Of a DNA stretch of 64,000 nucleotides, positions 12,773 to 25,999 are shown in pieces. The stretch is from Octopus bimaculoides (Eukaryota), in NCBI RefSeq assembly GCF_001194135.2, contig NC_068987.1, positions 2,223,316 to 2,287,315 on the forward strand, in the 5' to 3' direction. A program made the translations under genes and the position numbers. Numbering within the stretch: the stretch's first letter is position 1; every line of letters begins with the position of its first letter. The notes under the pieces are model-generated. The model searched no databases. It was not told the origin of the DNA and was given only the letters and a program-made list of their open reading frames with translations.

Positions 12773-13247
12773 ACACTAAACCAACCATCCGTTTCCCTCA
12801 TCAATTATATATATACGTATCTTATCTTATTATAAGATATACTGAAATGATAGAATATCAAACGTCCATTCTGGCTGATCTAGTATTTTCATGCATTAAA
12901 CTATGCAATCTTCAGGTTTATATAGTAGTGGTGACTGTTATGTTTTACAGCTTACAATTGTAGTGAGATGGCTAAACTGTTCGCCTTAAATACATTTGTA
13001 TAGACTCCAGAAGGTTAATTTTTGCAAACTGTATTCTGACCAATCGGTGTGTGGCTTCACTAAATTATTTAAGTTGATTGGTGTTTTGTTGCAGCGTCAT
13101 GGTTTGTTGAACATGTCAAGTGACCTGTATTTTGACCCTGGCCAAAGCAGGAATAGTTGGACTATTTTTAGAAATGTTGTAATTTTTACATTTCAATTAT
13201 CATCATCACCATCATCATCTCTTTTATTACTGTCGTCGTTATTGCTG

Positions 13248-13253
13248 GCGGTG

Positions 13254-13287
<34 letters not shown>

Positions 13288-13288
13288 C

Positions 13289-13354
<66 letters not shown>

Positions 13355-13355
13355 T
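13248..13355. repeat. (GTG)n/(TAG)n trinucleotide microsatellite
   Basis: Read directly from the sequence. Confidence 0.95.
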
Positions 13356-13514
13356 GTGATAATAGAACCTTAGACCCAAAGATAAAATTATTTTTACTGA
13401 CATTTCTCTTGACTTAGTATTTTCCTGCTATCGTCATTATGAGCACCTTTAGTGTTGTTGTTATTGTTAGTGGTAGTGGTCGTAGCAGTAGAAATAGTAC
13501 CTCTAGTATTATTA

Positions 13515-13775
13515 TTATTGTTTATTTAGCTTGGGTTGGAATTTATTAATAAAGTTCTCTTCTCAGATTTTTCTCACGACTTCATTTGAACTGCGTAGTT
13601 TGTGGAATGGAAACATTATAAATATTTTCCGACCGCATGTTGTTAGATGGTTACTCAAAGATATCTGACGGACATCTTGGTCTCTAATTTGTTGTTGGTG
13701 CGCACGTGAACGTTCCAACATTGCATTTCCAGTCTGACCTATATATACTTCTTCACAATTCGGGGATTTGACGCA
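13515..13775 (-). pseudogene. Penelope-like element GIY-YIG endonuclease C-terminal fragment
   Basis: Translation CEEVYIGQTG..LERSRAHQQQI..LSNHLTTCG..FPFHKL..RKI*EENFINKFQPKLN. It has the YIG motif, the conserved R/H and the E..FI..F.P.LN ending of PLE Uri domains, continuing past an in-frame TGA at 13563-13565. Confidence 0.85.
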
Positions 13776-14499
13776 GAGAGAGATGGAGGAAGGAGACAAA
13801 GACAGAAAAAAGATGGAGAGAAAGAGAGACAGAAAGAGATAGACAAAGTAGATGTAAGTTTGTCCAACTCTTAATCACGAAGACACAAACAACAGCGATA
13901 AAGACTGAATCCTTGTGTGAAAACTAATACAGAATATATTTGCCGCTGAAGAGACTTGTGATACAAATCCTTCTCAGTAACCAAGTTATTTAAATCACCA
14001 TGGATTAATTATTTAATTATTTTCCCACCAAAATTAAACATGGTATACTCAGAAGATCAGTAAACGACAAATATTTTAGTTGTTTGTCCAACATTTTATA
14101 GAATCGCAGACTGAATTCGATTAAATATTAACACCTTACTTTGGCACTCATTATTTTTCTGTAACAACAACAACAAAAAAAACAGCTGCAATTAAACTTA
14201 ACAGTTTAAATATTTTCAATGATGTGTCGTGGTATAAAAGAACTATTTTGGAGATCTGTTTCACTTCCTCAGAAACAAGACAAAAGCAAAAAAGAACAGA
14301 AAAAGATAATTTTTCACGCATGTCATCAGTTACTGCACACGGAATGTAATAAAAGTGACGGATAATTACAGACTAAAGAGGAACATATATCATGCATCAT
14401 ATATATATATGTATACATGTGTATGTATGTATGTCTATATATACATACATATAGGTAGATAGAAAAATAGATATACATACACACACACACTCACACACA

Positions 14500-14553
<54 letters not shown>

Positions 14554-14634
14554 NNNNNNNNNNNNNNNNNNNNNNNNNNNNNNNNNNNNNNNNNNNNNNN
14601 NNNNNNNNNNNNNNNNNNNNNNNNNNNNNNNNNN

Positions 14635-14678
<44 letters not shown>

Positions 14679-15425
14679 CAACATCGTCTTCGTCGTCACC
14701 ATTTCCCTCCTCTTTAACATCGTCACTCTAGTCAACAACAATAACATTAATAATAAAAGCAACAACGTCTGCCATACAATCCGAGATCTTGCCTAAATAT
14801 GTTAACAGTATTTTGTAATAGCGATCAAATTATCGGGTGACTACATTGTAAAACAAAAAAGAGAGAGAGAGAAAGAGAAGAGACGAAAGGTCGCAGTTAC
14901 AGAGAGCCAAACTATTCCCCCCGAATAATGGAAGTCAAAGGTCAGGTTGTAATCCGAAATGTGTCGATGTCTCCAGTCAGATGTTAGCCTTTATTTATTT
15001 ATTTACCAATTTATTTGTTTGTGTTTTTCTGTATTTGTTCTTATCAAATGATTATGACGTTTGGGTCACAATGAAACAGCAGTGAAAATGTTGGTAAATC
15101 GTTCAGCCCTGCCTGAAATTACTCCGAACATTGCAGTCAAACTCACAGAATACATGGAAATCAGTCACTTTTTTTTAAATGCCTACACATTTTTCCTTCT
15201 TTCTTTCCCATTTATTTATTTATTATTTATCATTTATTCATTTATTCGCTGGTTTGATAGTTTGTTTGCTTGTTTGTTTCTGTGTTGAAACATGTTCGGT
15301 AACATTTCTTCTCTCTGATCTCTGGTGGGAAAATCGTCTCAGTTCACGAAGTTACGCTAAACACTTGTTCGGTATCAACCCTAAAATAACTGACACCAAC
15401 TCATTTGAGAAGTGGGGGTAAATTA

Positions 15426-15570
15426 GCGCAGGCGTGGCCCAGTGGTAAAATGCATGCTTCCCAGCCACATGGTTCCGGGTTCAGTCATGCTATGTGGTAC
15501 CTTGCGCGAGTATCTTCTACAATAGCCTCAAACAGACCAAAGTCTTCTGGATGGATCTGGAAAACGGAAA
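15426..15570 (+). mobile_element. SINE family A 5' half
   Basis: GCGCAGGCGTGGCCCAGTGGTAA..CCACATGGTTCCGGGTTCAGTC..TCTTCTACAATAGCC. Confidence 0.8.
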
Positions 15571-15637
15571 TGGTGGTAAAGTTTATTCTAATTTCAAACC
15601 AATAAACAAAAATTGTGGAAGAAGAATCTTCGTCGTG

Positions 15638-15984
15638 GCACTCCGTCGGTTACGACGAGGGTTCCAGTTGATCCGAACCATGGAACAGCCTGCTCGTGAA
15701 ATTAACGTGCAGGTGGCTGAGCACTCCACAGACACGTGAACCCTTAACGTAGTTCTCTGGGAGATTCATCGTGACATAGTGTGTGACAAGGCTGGCCCTT
15801 TGAAATACAGATACAACAGAAACAAGAAGAAAGAGTGAGAGAAAGTTGTGGTGGAAGAGTACAGCAGGGTTCGCCCCCCCCCCACCTGCCGGTGCCGCGT
15901 GGAGCTTTTAGGTGTTTTCGCTCAATAAACACTCACAACACCCGCGAGTCTGCTGCCCCAACCACTGGGCCATTGTGCCTCCAC
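15638..15984 (-). mobile_element. tRNA-derived SINE family C, head partly deleted
   Basis: Minus-strand head GTGGAGGCACAATGGCCCAGTGGTTGGGGCAGCAGACTCGCGG. The 3' domain (GTCTGTGGAGTGCTCAGCCAC..CACGAGCAGGCTGTTCC..ACCGACGGAGTG) is shared with 51821-51990. Confidence 0.85.
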
Positions 15985-16579
15985 TGGAGGAAGAACAGAA
16001 CTACAAGAAAGCCATAAAACAGTACGATAGAAATACTTTTCATATTAATTCAATTAACTTTGGAAAGGATTAAAAGAAACGGCTGTGAGGAATGGATGTC
16101 TCTTGCAATCCAGCATATTGGTTACCACCTCTCAACTGCCAATGTGAAGGTATCAATAAATTTATTTTTCTCAGGAAGAGTTTTTTTCTGTTCTGACATT
16201 TCAAATTATATTTTATCATTTTTTACTTCTTTAAGCGGCTGTAAATTCTCTTTTGTTGAATACTTTATTTAAAATATAGTCTACATTGCGGTGCAAGTGA
16301 AACTGGTTTTCGCAACACACCGGAGCCGTTACTTGTAATTAATTAATTTAAATTATTTATTATTGTTTTAAAGAGATGAATATGAAAAGCTTCTCGTCAC
16401 TCACATCCATGAAATGATGAGGAGCCAGGCTTAATATTTATCTTACATTTCAGTCTCCAAACTCGTCTTCATTTCACTTAATATTGTTCCATATTTCATA
16501 GAGTTTTGTCTGATTCGTTTGATATTTCCGAAATACAGAGTAAAACAGGCAGCACCCATGATCGTAATTTGTCCGCCCG

Positions 16580-16630
16580 GACCTCTATAGATCAATGACC
16601 TCTATAGATCAATGACCTCTATAGATCAAA
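16580..16630. repeat. 17-bp tandem repeat x3 (GACCTCTATAGATCAAT)
   Basis: Three adjacent units with no spacers; the last base of the third unit differs. Confidence 0.95.
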
Positions 16631-17876
16631 GACACCCTAACATGACTACCACTTCAAAAAGCAGGAAACTACCCAAATAACAGCAGTGTCAGTAAATTCA
16701 TTTGTCACAGGCAACTCTGCCACGAGGTGCCAGATATATATGTGTGTGTGTGTGTGGTGATGGTGTAGGAACCAATACCAACAACCAGGTATATCCGTGG
16801 CGATGCAATGTTGCAATTCCACTTCAAATATTTTCTACCTTTTTTCTCCTACATGGCTACCAGAAAGGGCCACAGACTCGGAAGTGAAACATCGATGAGT
16901 TGAGAAAACATATTAAGGGCAGACTGTTGCTCAAAAACACAAACAGAAACGCAACAAACACACACGGACACACAGACACGGGCATACACAAGAGCAAGGC
17001 CACACGCACGGGTACCCATAGACCCACAATGAACCACTTCATGTTAAAGTGTACACTATGATCTTTAAACACAGACTATCCTTGCAGTAATGTATTTGTC
17101 CCGTTAAAGCGTTCGGTAAGCAAACTACATGATAGGGCTTTCCTGCAGTGAGTTGATTCAGGGCAGCATAACAGCGAAAACAACTGGCCTCCACAAGAAT
17201 CTTGGCAAATGAGAAAACTTAAAGACCTAGGTATTACATAGTGAAGAAGAGGATTTTGTAATTAGCAGCACAGCTGAAATGGATATTACTTGAATGACCT
17301 TGTATCTATTTTCCTTCATTCAAAACCGTTATCTTCAATGAGTGACTGGAGATAAATGGCATTAAGAAGGTATAAATGACAGCGGAAGAACCATAAAACC
17401 TTTTCTCGAGATACTAAATGTTGGCGCAGTTATACTAACCCGGATATATTCCGCGTTAAATCGGTGCGATCGGCTTACTTTATCTGTGCCAAAATTTACA
17501 AATATTTTAACGAGAATATTATATATAATTATAAGCCAAAGAAAAACATTTTCCATCTTTGCAAGAAACATTGCTGGAAGCTGAAGACCATTCTGGGAAT
17601 TCTTAATTCATCTGAGTTCCAAGCGTTACTGCAAATAGTAGATTTATTTATATTTCGATATGTTAACTGATACTTATAACAGCAGGAACTTTTTTTTTTC
17701 TGATTATTTTAAATTCTTCTGAAACGTTGAAGAACCAAGAAACAGTTTTAAAGAATAAAAATTTCAAGACATTTTTTTTTTTTACCTAATCAGCTAATTT
17801 TATTGATGCATAAGTGGTACAACTATAAGAGCCCCGACTCCACCCTACCCCACGCATAAAAAGACCATCTCTTAAC

Positions 17877-17944
<68 letters not shown>

Positions 17945-18099
17945 AGAGAGAAAGTAACTGGGATGTCGACATCTCGACAGACATTTGACAATGTTTGTTG
18001 TTTTATTGTTAACAACAGTGTTTAATGGGTCTTCAACACTGGGTGATAAATAAAGCTTGACAGGGAAGATGGTCCTAACAACTTTATAGATGTACGTAT

Positions 18100-18640
18100 T
18101 ATTGGTGGTGGTGGTGGTGGTGGTGGTGGTAGTGCCGGTACTTATTAGTGGTGGAGGTGGTGATGGTGACGGTAATAGTGGTGGCGGCGGCGGTTGTGGT
18201 GGTGACGGTGGTGGTACAACTTATCGTAGTCGTTATGGTAGTGATAGTGATGATGATGATGATGATGACGGTGTATGTTGCTATGGTGACGGTGGTGACG
18301 ATGTTAGTTATGGTGATGGTGGTAGTGGTAGTTGTAGTGGTGGTAGTTGCTGTTGTTGTTGTGGTGGTGGTGGTGGTAACAGTCGTCATCATCATAGTCG
18401 TGGTGATGGTGCTGGGAATGGTGAGGTGTTGGTGGTGACTGCGCATACGGTTACGGTGATGGTGCTGATAGTGGTGGTGTTAGTAGTAGTAGCCGTGGTC
18501 GTGATAGCGTTGGTGGTGATGGTTGATGGGCTACAGGTGATAGCGGTGGTAGCGATGGTTGTAGTGATGGTTATGACAACAGCAGCAGCAGTAGCAGTAG
18601 TAGTAGTAGACGTGGTTGCAGCCGTGTGCTGCGGTGGGTG
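18100..18640. repeat. Cryptic GGT/GAT/AGT triplet low-complexity tract
   Basis: Mosaic of degenerate triplet repeats. Similar tracts occur at about 34160-34512 and 52470-52960. Confidence 0.9.
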
Positions 18641-19319
18641 CGAGCCTGGTTTGGTTTGTCTCCCGATGTAAGAAAACATTTCACAGGAAGCGACATCAGT
18701 CATGAAGTCAACGATTCGTGAAAGGAGGGACAGGCACAGATTGTTGTCATCAGCCTCATCTCCCTCCCCTCCCCCCTCCCCACCACCACCTACCACCCAT
18801 TCACCCCCTTTTCTCTTTCTCTCTCATACACTTACACACAAACACAAACACATACACACACAAACACATACACACACACAAACATAAACACATTTACAGA
18901 GGGACAGAGAGAATGAGACAAACAATAAATACACACGTATATACGCAAAAGCACACACACACACACACACACGTGAATATACATACAGACACACAAGCAC
19001 AAAGATTGAGAGAGAGTCAGAGAGAGAGAGAGAGAGAGAGAGAGGTGAGGAAGAAATACAATATACACACGCGTACATTCACAAATATGCACACACATAG
19101 ACACAGATATGCATACGTCCACATGCATACATACACGTTCAACTTGAAACCAGAACGAAGACTCGGAGAGAGACGAGAACATAAAATAGGATGTTTATTG
19201 TTGGGCAGTAAATGACAAACCACAACACATACCCACCGGAAAGGCATGTACATATGCATTGATGTAAGTGCCCCCTCTGTGTGCATGTACATATATATAT
19301 ATAATAAAAATGTGTGTTG

Positions 19320-19370
<51 letters not shown>

Positions 19371-19770
19371 ATATGACTATATATAATATATATATATAAA
19401 CACACACACACACACATATATATANNNNNNNNNNNNNNNNNNNNNNNNNNNNNNNNNNNNNNNNNNNNNNNNNNNNNNNNNNNNNNNNNNNNNNNNNNNN
19501 NNNNNNNNNNNNNNNNNNNNNNNNNNNNNNNNNNNNNNNNNNNNNNNNNNNNNNNNNNNNNNNNNNNNNNNNNNNNNNNNNNNNNNNNNNNNNNNNNNNN
19601 NNNNNNNNNACAGAGAACTCAATAGCAGTGAAAAATCCCGCCTTGAAGCAACACTGACGGAAATTTAGAAATATCTGAAAATCTCCCGTGAAACAGAAAA
19701 GAGCAGACAAAGTTGTCTGGGATATCGAAAAGTATCAAATGATACCGTAAAACTTTTCTTTTTTTTTTAA

Positions 19771-20435
19771 GTATCCTTTGAACTTTCAGAACAAGAGAAC
19801 AGGAAAAGATGTTGGTCCTCTGGAAGACACTTGTCCTCAGTCGTTTAGTATACTGCTCCCAACTATGGTCACCAGGCAGTGTAAAATTAACCACGGAACT
19901 CAAAGCAATCCAGCAAAGCTACACAGAGAAGATCGTCTCAATGCGACATATCAGCTACGGGGAAAAGTTTAGGTTCTGCTCCCTAGAAAGAAGGCCAAAA
20001 ACATCTGCAATGATATACATCAAGAAAATCCTTGAAGAACTTGTACGAAACTTTGGCATTGAAAGTTACATATATAAAGGAAGGGGTCGCATAATGCCAA
20101 AATTCCCGACATTGCCATCAGAATACAGGATCAGACGCAGTAACAGCTTGGGTTTCAAGGGCCCATGGCTCTTCAATATCCTTCCAAAAACCCTCAAGTA
20201 CCTGCATGATGTGAATGTAGGTGTCTTCAAAACAAAACTGGATCTCCTCCTATCAACGATTCCGATTGAGTCTCTCTCTCGGCAGAAAACAAAGATGAGG
20301 GCAGCACATCAAACTCCATCATTCACCAAATACCAAATATCAGAGGTTTCAATTAATGAAAGTATAGCAAAGCTAAAAGCAGAACCCCAGTATGGCCGTA
20401 GCTCTTGAGCTGATACCGGTAAAAAAATAAAATAG
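19771..20435 (+). mobile_element. 5'-truncated CR1/L2-group LINE: ORF2 C-terminus plus 3' tail
   Basis: IL*TFRTREQEKMLVLWKTLVLSRLVYCSQLWSP..ISY..SLERR..IYIKKIL..NSLGFKGPWLFNILP..FKTKLDLLLSTIP is the typical post-RT region of CR1/L2/Crack ORF2. It ends in a hairpin and an A-rich tail. Confidence 0.85.
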
Positions 20436-20890
20436 AATTGAAAAAAAAAATAGAGAGTTTGACAAAAATATTCCAATGACATTAGCATCTCGCTGAAACA
20501 TGTTCTGGAGCGATTACCATCGACTGAATCACTTGGACGTGTTGGCCATTGGCTTCTCTCCAAGAACACAAGAGTATAACGATGCATATGTATACGCACA
20601 CAAATAAATACACTCACAGACAAAAATACGCACACATAAGCAGACAAGTACACACACACACACAAACATATATGTATGCGTGCACACACACACACACACA
20701 TACCTATACAGACAGAGATAATTCTTGCACTATGATACGTCTACCGCAAATATACAACTGTAAATATACACAGTATATACATGTGTGTGTGTGTGTGTAT
20801 ATATCTATCCACCTTTCTGTATGTTTCTCTCGCTCTCTTTCTCTCTGTGTATTCGTGTGTGTATATTTATACACACACACATATATATAC

Positions 20891-20924
<34 letters not shown>

Positions 20925-21934
20925 NNNNNNNNNNNNNNNNNNNNNNNNNNNNNNNNNNNNNNNNNNNNNNNNNNNNNNNNNNNNNNNNNATATATACACG
21001 CACAGATACACACACATGAATATTGTATTTTTTTAGTCGGGTCGATCAAAGGAAAAATTATACAGCCATTTTACATCTCAAACGATCCTTGGTCTCTTTA
21101 GGGAGCAATTCCGTCTCGTTCTAGAAGCTTCTGGAAAGTTTACCACAATTTATAGCCAGAAACAGGGCCCTACATGTTTTATTGCATTACTCGACTTTTC
21201 ATTCGAAATTTTTGTTGATATTTCTGATTCGCCTTATGGGCAAGAAACTCATCTCCTGGGACCTGCATGGTGTGAGATGTGCTATACCGTGCCTCACTTC
21301 GGCTCCACCCCTAACATAGTAACCACCCGTTCGCTGCTATCATTCACTTATGTCTTGTACATTATACTATGTATTACACACATGTACGGTCACACACAAA
21401 TAAATACATTTCGTATATGTATACTTTAAATATATGTATACATACATATATAAATATATATATACACACACATATATATAATATCTATAAGATTGAAGTT
21501 TTCTCTGTGTGTGTGTGTGTGTCTGTGTGTGTGTGTGTACAAAAATTTAATGTACATCTACATTTTTCATCTGATTTCTTTAAAATTTTATACACAGCTG
21601 CTTCATATCCCAGACCCGAACATAGGCTACTTAGATTTTTAAAAATCGATTTGCATTAATCAGTTGCTTTATAATCTGTACGGTCTTCCGTACTTTTTTA
21701 ATCTTTTTATAAAAGTGAAACGATTTTGTCTATTTATTTATTTCCACTGTCCACCAGCAACGGTAGTTAAATAGACTAGGAACACTGAACGCATATATTT
21801 CCACAATTCTCAACCGATTTTCACCAATCCCTGGTGGAACAAAATGTCATCATAACTGTTGAGGAGGAACTAACAGAGAAGCCTGGATTTGGTCATTTAA
21901 CCAATCATTCAAGTCAGCGCTAGACTATATGTAT

Positions 21935-22066
<132 letters not shown>

Positions 22067-22540
22067 TGTTTAATGAACACAGTCATATATCAATGAGCTA
22101 CTAATAGTTTCATGCGATGAAAACGATACAGGTAGCATTTTATAACGTGTCTGTTTCCTCCATGCAATCTTCGGGCACTGCTTACATGGTATATTCACCC
22201 TTGTGTATGTTTACTTCCTTGCCTGAGTTCGAACGCGAGTCTACTGTTTCTGAACTGAAACAAGAACGAAATAATGCATCAACAACATACCATTGGCAGT
22301 AGATTGTTGTTATGATAGACTGGTGAAACATGTCTGACGGCACTGGTCAATGAACGGACAACAAGGGGGCGCCAACTGCTTTGTAACGATGTCAGTGTGT
22401 TCATTAGGCGTTTACTGACTGATTCAAGAGTTATCACATGAAAATGTTTACATTTAGCGCCGCAGTCTATTTGTTTTTCTACCTCTATTCGTATGGCTTT
22501 GCATATACTAATATACTTACATACATACAAACATATCCAT

Positions 22541-22595
<55 letters not shown>

Positions 22596-23664
22596 GATAG
22601 ATATATATGNNNNNNNNNNNNNNNNNNNNNNNNNNNNNNNNNNNNNNNNNNNNNNNNNNNNNNNNNNNNNNNNNNNNNNNNTATATGTATATCTTGTGTA
22701 TATATGGAAGTGTAAGGTTATGTTAGGTTCACTGACAAGCCCATCACAATAATTTAAAAGTGAATTAGCTTGACTTGTATTTATAGTCTAAATAGCTGTG
22801 CAACTAAAAAGAAGACTAAACAGCAAAGTCACGTGATTCGTGTTGTCCATGTCTGTAGAAATAACAACTTCAATCAGTGTGTATATAGATAAAGAGCTGG
22901 TTGGTGGGGGTGAGGCTTGACGCCTCAAAGAGGGGGGAATCGCCAGCGTTGTGTACCAAACTGGGATGACTGACATATTTAAACAAGATGGACGACTGCT
23001 AGACTGGGCGGTGTTTTGAAGATTATCAAAAGAATTGAAAGCCCATTTAAGGAGAGAAAGGTTGCAAAACAAGGAAAGTGTGGGGAATGAGGAAGAGACG
23101 TGGGGAAAGATAGGATAGAAGGAACAAGGGAGAAGGAGGAAGAGGAGGGGGAGGAGGAGGAAGAAGAAGAAGAAGAAGAAGAAGAAGAAGAAGAAGAAGA
23201 AGAAATGAGGAGGAGGCGGAGACAGAGAGCAAAGCGATGAGGAAGGAGATAAATAGGAGGAAGAGAGAAAATGAGGAAGAAAATTTAAAAAAACAACAAG
23301 AAACGGAGAAAGGAAAGCAAAAATAAGAACAAGAGGAGGAGGAGGAGGAGGTCAAAAGACGTAGATGTGGGGGTTGAAAAATCATAAAATATAAGATGTA
23401 GAAGACGAAAAGATTTAAGAAATTCTATAAAGGGAAGTCGAGGGAGGGGGGAAGGAAAAGATAAATTGAAAGGCTGCACAAACACGTACATACAGCCATA
23501 CACGTACATATGTGTATATATATATATATATNNNNNNNNNNNNNNNNNNNNNNNNNCTAGGGGTCAGCCACACTTAAGTGGCAATATACTACACTTTATC
23601 GTGCAGTTACTGTTAATACTTCATTTAGAGAATTAACATTGCTTATATATATATATATATATAT

Positions 23665-23920
23665 TTATTCTTTTACTTGTTTCAGTCATTTGACTGTGGC
23701 CATGCTGGAGCACCTCCTTTAGTCGAACAAATCGACAGCAAGACTTATTCTTTGTAAGCCTAGTACTTATTCTATCGGGTTTTTTTTTTTGCCGAACCGC
23801 TAGGTTACGGGGACGTAAACAAACCAGCATCGGTTGTCAAGCGATGGTGGGGGGACAAACAGACATACGCACAAACGCACATACACACATACACACACAC
23901 ATACACATCCACACACCCAC

Positions 23921-23954
<34 letters not shown>

Positions 23955-24040
23955 GACGGGCTTCTTTCAGTTTCCGTCTACCAAATCCACTTATAATGTT
24001 TTAGCCGGTCCGAGGCTATAGTAGAAGACACTTGCCCAAG
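23665..24040 (-). mobile_element. SINE family A, 5'-truncated, with internal (TA)n
   Basis: Tail hairpin CAGTCATTTGACTG and the body are present; the copy stops at CACTTGCCCAAG. Confidence 0.9.
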
Positions 24041-24394
24041 TATTGAGCTAGCATGGTCGCAGTCGAATTACGGAAAGTAGTAAAACAGTATAAGATTAAA
24101 AATATATAAAATTATATACAATTAAAAACAATACAAGTAATAATTTCGTATCTCTAAATCTATGTTCGAGTGTGTGTATATATATATATATATATATNNN
24201 NNNNNNNNNNNNNNNNNNNNNNNNNNNNNNNNNNNNNNNNNNNNNNNNNNNNNNNNNNNNNNNNNNNNNNNNNNNNNNNNNNNNNNNNNNNNNNNNNNNN
24301 NNNNNNNNNNNNNNNNNNNNNNNNNNNNNNNNNNNNNNNNNNNNNNNNNNNNNNNNNNNNNNNNNNNNNNNNNNNNNNNNNNNNNNNNNNNTAT

Positions 24395-24558
24395 GCGCAG
24401 GAGTGGTTGTGTGGTGAGTAGCTTGCTTACCAACCACATGGTTCTGGGTTCAGTCCCACTGCGTGGCACCTTCAGCAAGTGTCTTTTATTATAGCTTCGG
24501 GCCGACCAAAGCCTTGGGAATGGATTTGTTAGACGGAAACTGAAAAGAAGCCTGTCGT
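24395..24558 (+). mobile_element. SINE family A 5' half
   Basis: GCGCAGGAGTGGTTGTGTGGTGAGTAGCTTGCTTACCAACCACATGGTTCTGGGTTCAGTCCCACTGCGTGGCACC. Confidence 0.9.
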
Positions 24559-25031
24559 ATATATATATATATATATATATCGCACGCACATATATGTTAG
24601 ATTTCTTTACTCTGGATATGAAATATGAAAACAGTTCAAGCAATAACCCACCACAAGCTCACAGGTTGTTGTTTGTTACTCGTTAAAGGTCGTTGTCAGA
24701 TTTGAAGTGAAAGTATTTCATAACCTTTAGATTTCAAAAGAATCTATAAATTTGAAAGCTTACTGTTGAAGACTTGTGGTTTTCCCATTTCATTGCAAAT
24801 GAAAGATGAGAAAAATTTATCTGCAAGTCTCAGTAAATGTGATTTATGGCGTCTATATACGTTTTATAAACTGACACCTTTCAATTTAGACTAATGTCGA
24901 TGCTATTTGCTGGATCTTCTTATATGTTTATGAACACATGTATAATATGAATACATATTATGTTATATATATATAAGAATCCATGGATCAGAGAATGCAG
25001 GATCTGGCATATTGGGCAATCGAGTTGGTTG

Positions 25032-25207
25032 TTATTATTATTCAAGACGTCGCACGGTGTCCAATATCGCGAGGTTGACGATTGAAGATAGTGTGTCTAC
25101 CGGGGATTTGCACTGTCTGTCAAGTCACAAGAAGGACCTCAGACAGACAGTACTTCACACAATATGCGTGCAGTTCCAAGTAATGCCGATTTTTGCAATA
25201 CACCTAG
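25032..25207 (-). mobile_element. R4/Dong-type non-LTR retrotransposon 3' end (subfamily 1)
   Basis: LGVLQKSALLGTARILCEVLSV* (stop at 25139-25141), then a 3' UTR ending in TAA repeats. The truncated 5' end abuts (TAA)n. Confidence 0.75.
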
Positions 25208-25276
<69 letters not shown>

Positions 25277-25300
25277 ATTATTATTATTATTATTATTATT
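25208..25300. repeat. (TAA)n microsatellite between two R4/Dong fragments
   Basis: Read directly from the sequence. Confidence 0.97.
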
Positions 25301-25800
25301 CAGTAGTCTTATTTTTACCACGTGCTTTCACAGCACTACCGAGCGCAGCTCGATGTATCTTGAGTATGTGCTGTGGTTTGTTGTGATGCTTTTATTTTCA
25401 CTGTATTGAAAGTGTTTTACGTAGGATCTATGCAGTGCCTAGTAGTTCTATTTTCTGTATGTTACATATATTTGTTAGTCCTTGTGTTTTTGTTATTTAT
25501 TTGCTTGAATATTTATTTTTATCATACCTAATGCGCCTACTATGATAGGAATTGTTTCTACCTTTAGTCACCGCATTCAAGTTACCTCTATTTCCAGGTC
25601 TTTGTATTTTGAAAGTTTTTGCATTTCTTTTAGAGAAACGTTGTCATCTCATGGTACTGATACATCTATTAGAAACCAGTTTTGTCCTTGGTGATCTCTG
25701 ACAGCTATATCTGGCCTATTGGCCTTAATTTCTCTATCTGTGTGTGCTCTCTGTCTTTGCTTCAGATGTCACTCCAAAATCTTTGACGTTCAATGTTATC
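25301..25800 (-). mobile_element. R4/Dong-type element: decayed restriction-like endonuclease domain plus 3' UTR (subfamily 2)
   Basis: HTDREIKANRPDIAVRD..FLIDVSVP*DDNVSLKEMQKLSKYKDLEIEV..VETIPIIVGALGMIK..IQKIELLGTA*ILRKTLSIQ*. This carries the RPD..D..KE..K..KY RLE signature with several stops. Confidence 0.9.
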
Positions 25801-25999
25801 TGGTATATATATATATATNNNNNNNNNNNNNNNNNNNNNNNNNNNNNNNNNNNNNNNNNNNNNNNNNNNNNNNNNNNNNNNNNNNNNNNNNNNNNNNNNN
25901 NNNNNNNNNNNNNNNNNNNNNNNNNNNNNNNNNNNNNNNNNNNNNNNNNNNNNNNNNNNNNNNNNTGAAGAATTTCACTTGAAAAGAAGATATAAGATT

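Noticed and set aside
16580-16630. CRISPR-like array
   Set aside because: Units are adjacent with no spacers, and the context is eukaryotic.
17480-17621. Minus-strand AG...GTAAGC-bounded segment
   Set aside because: All three frames from the acceptor hit stops before the donor.
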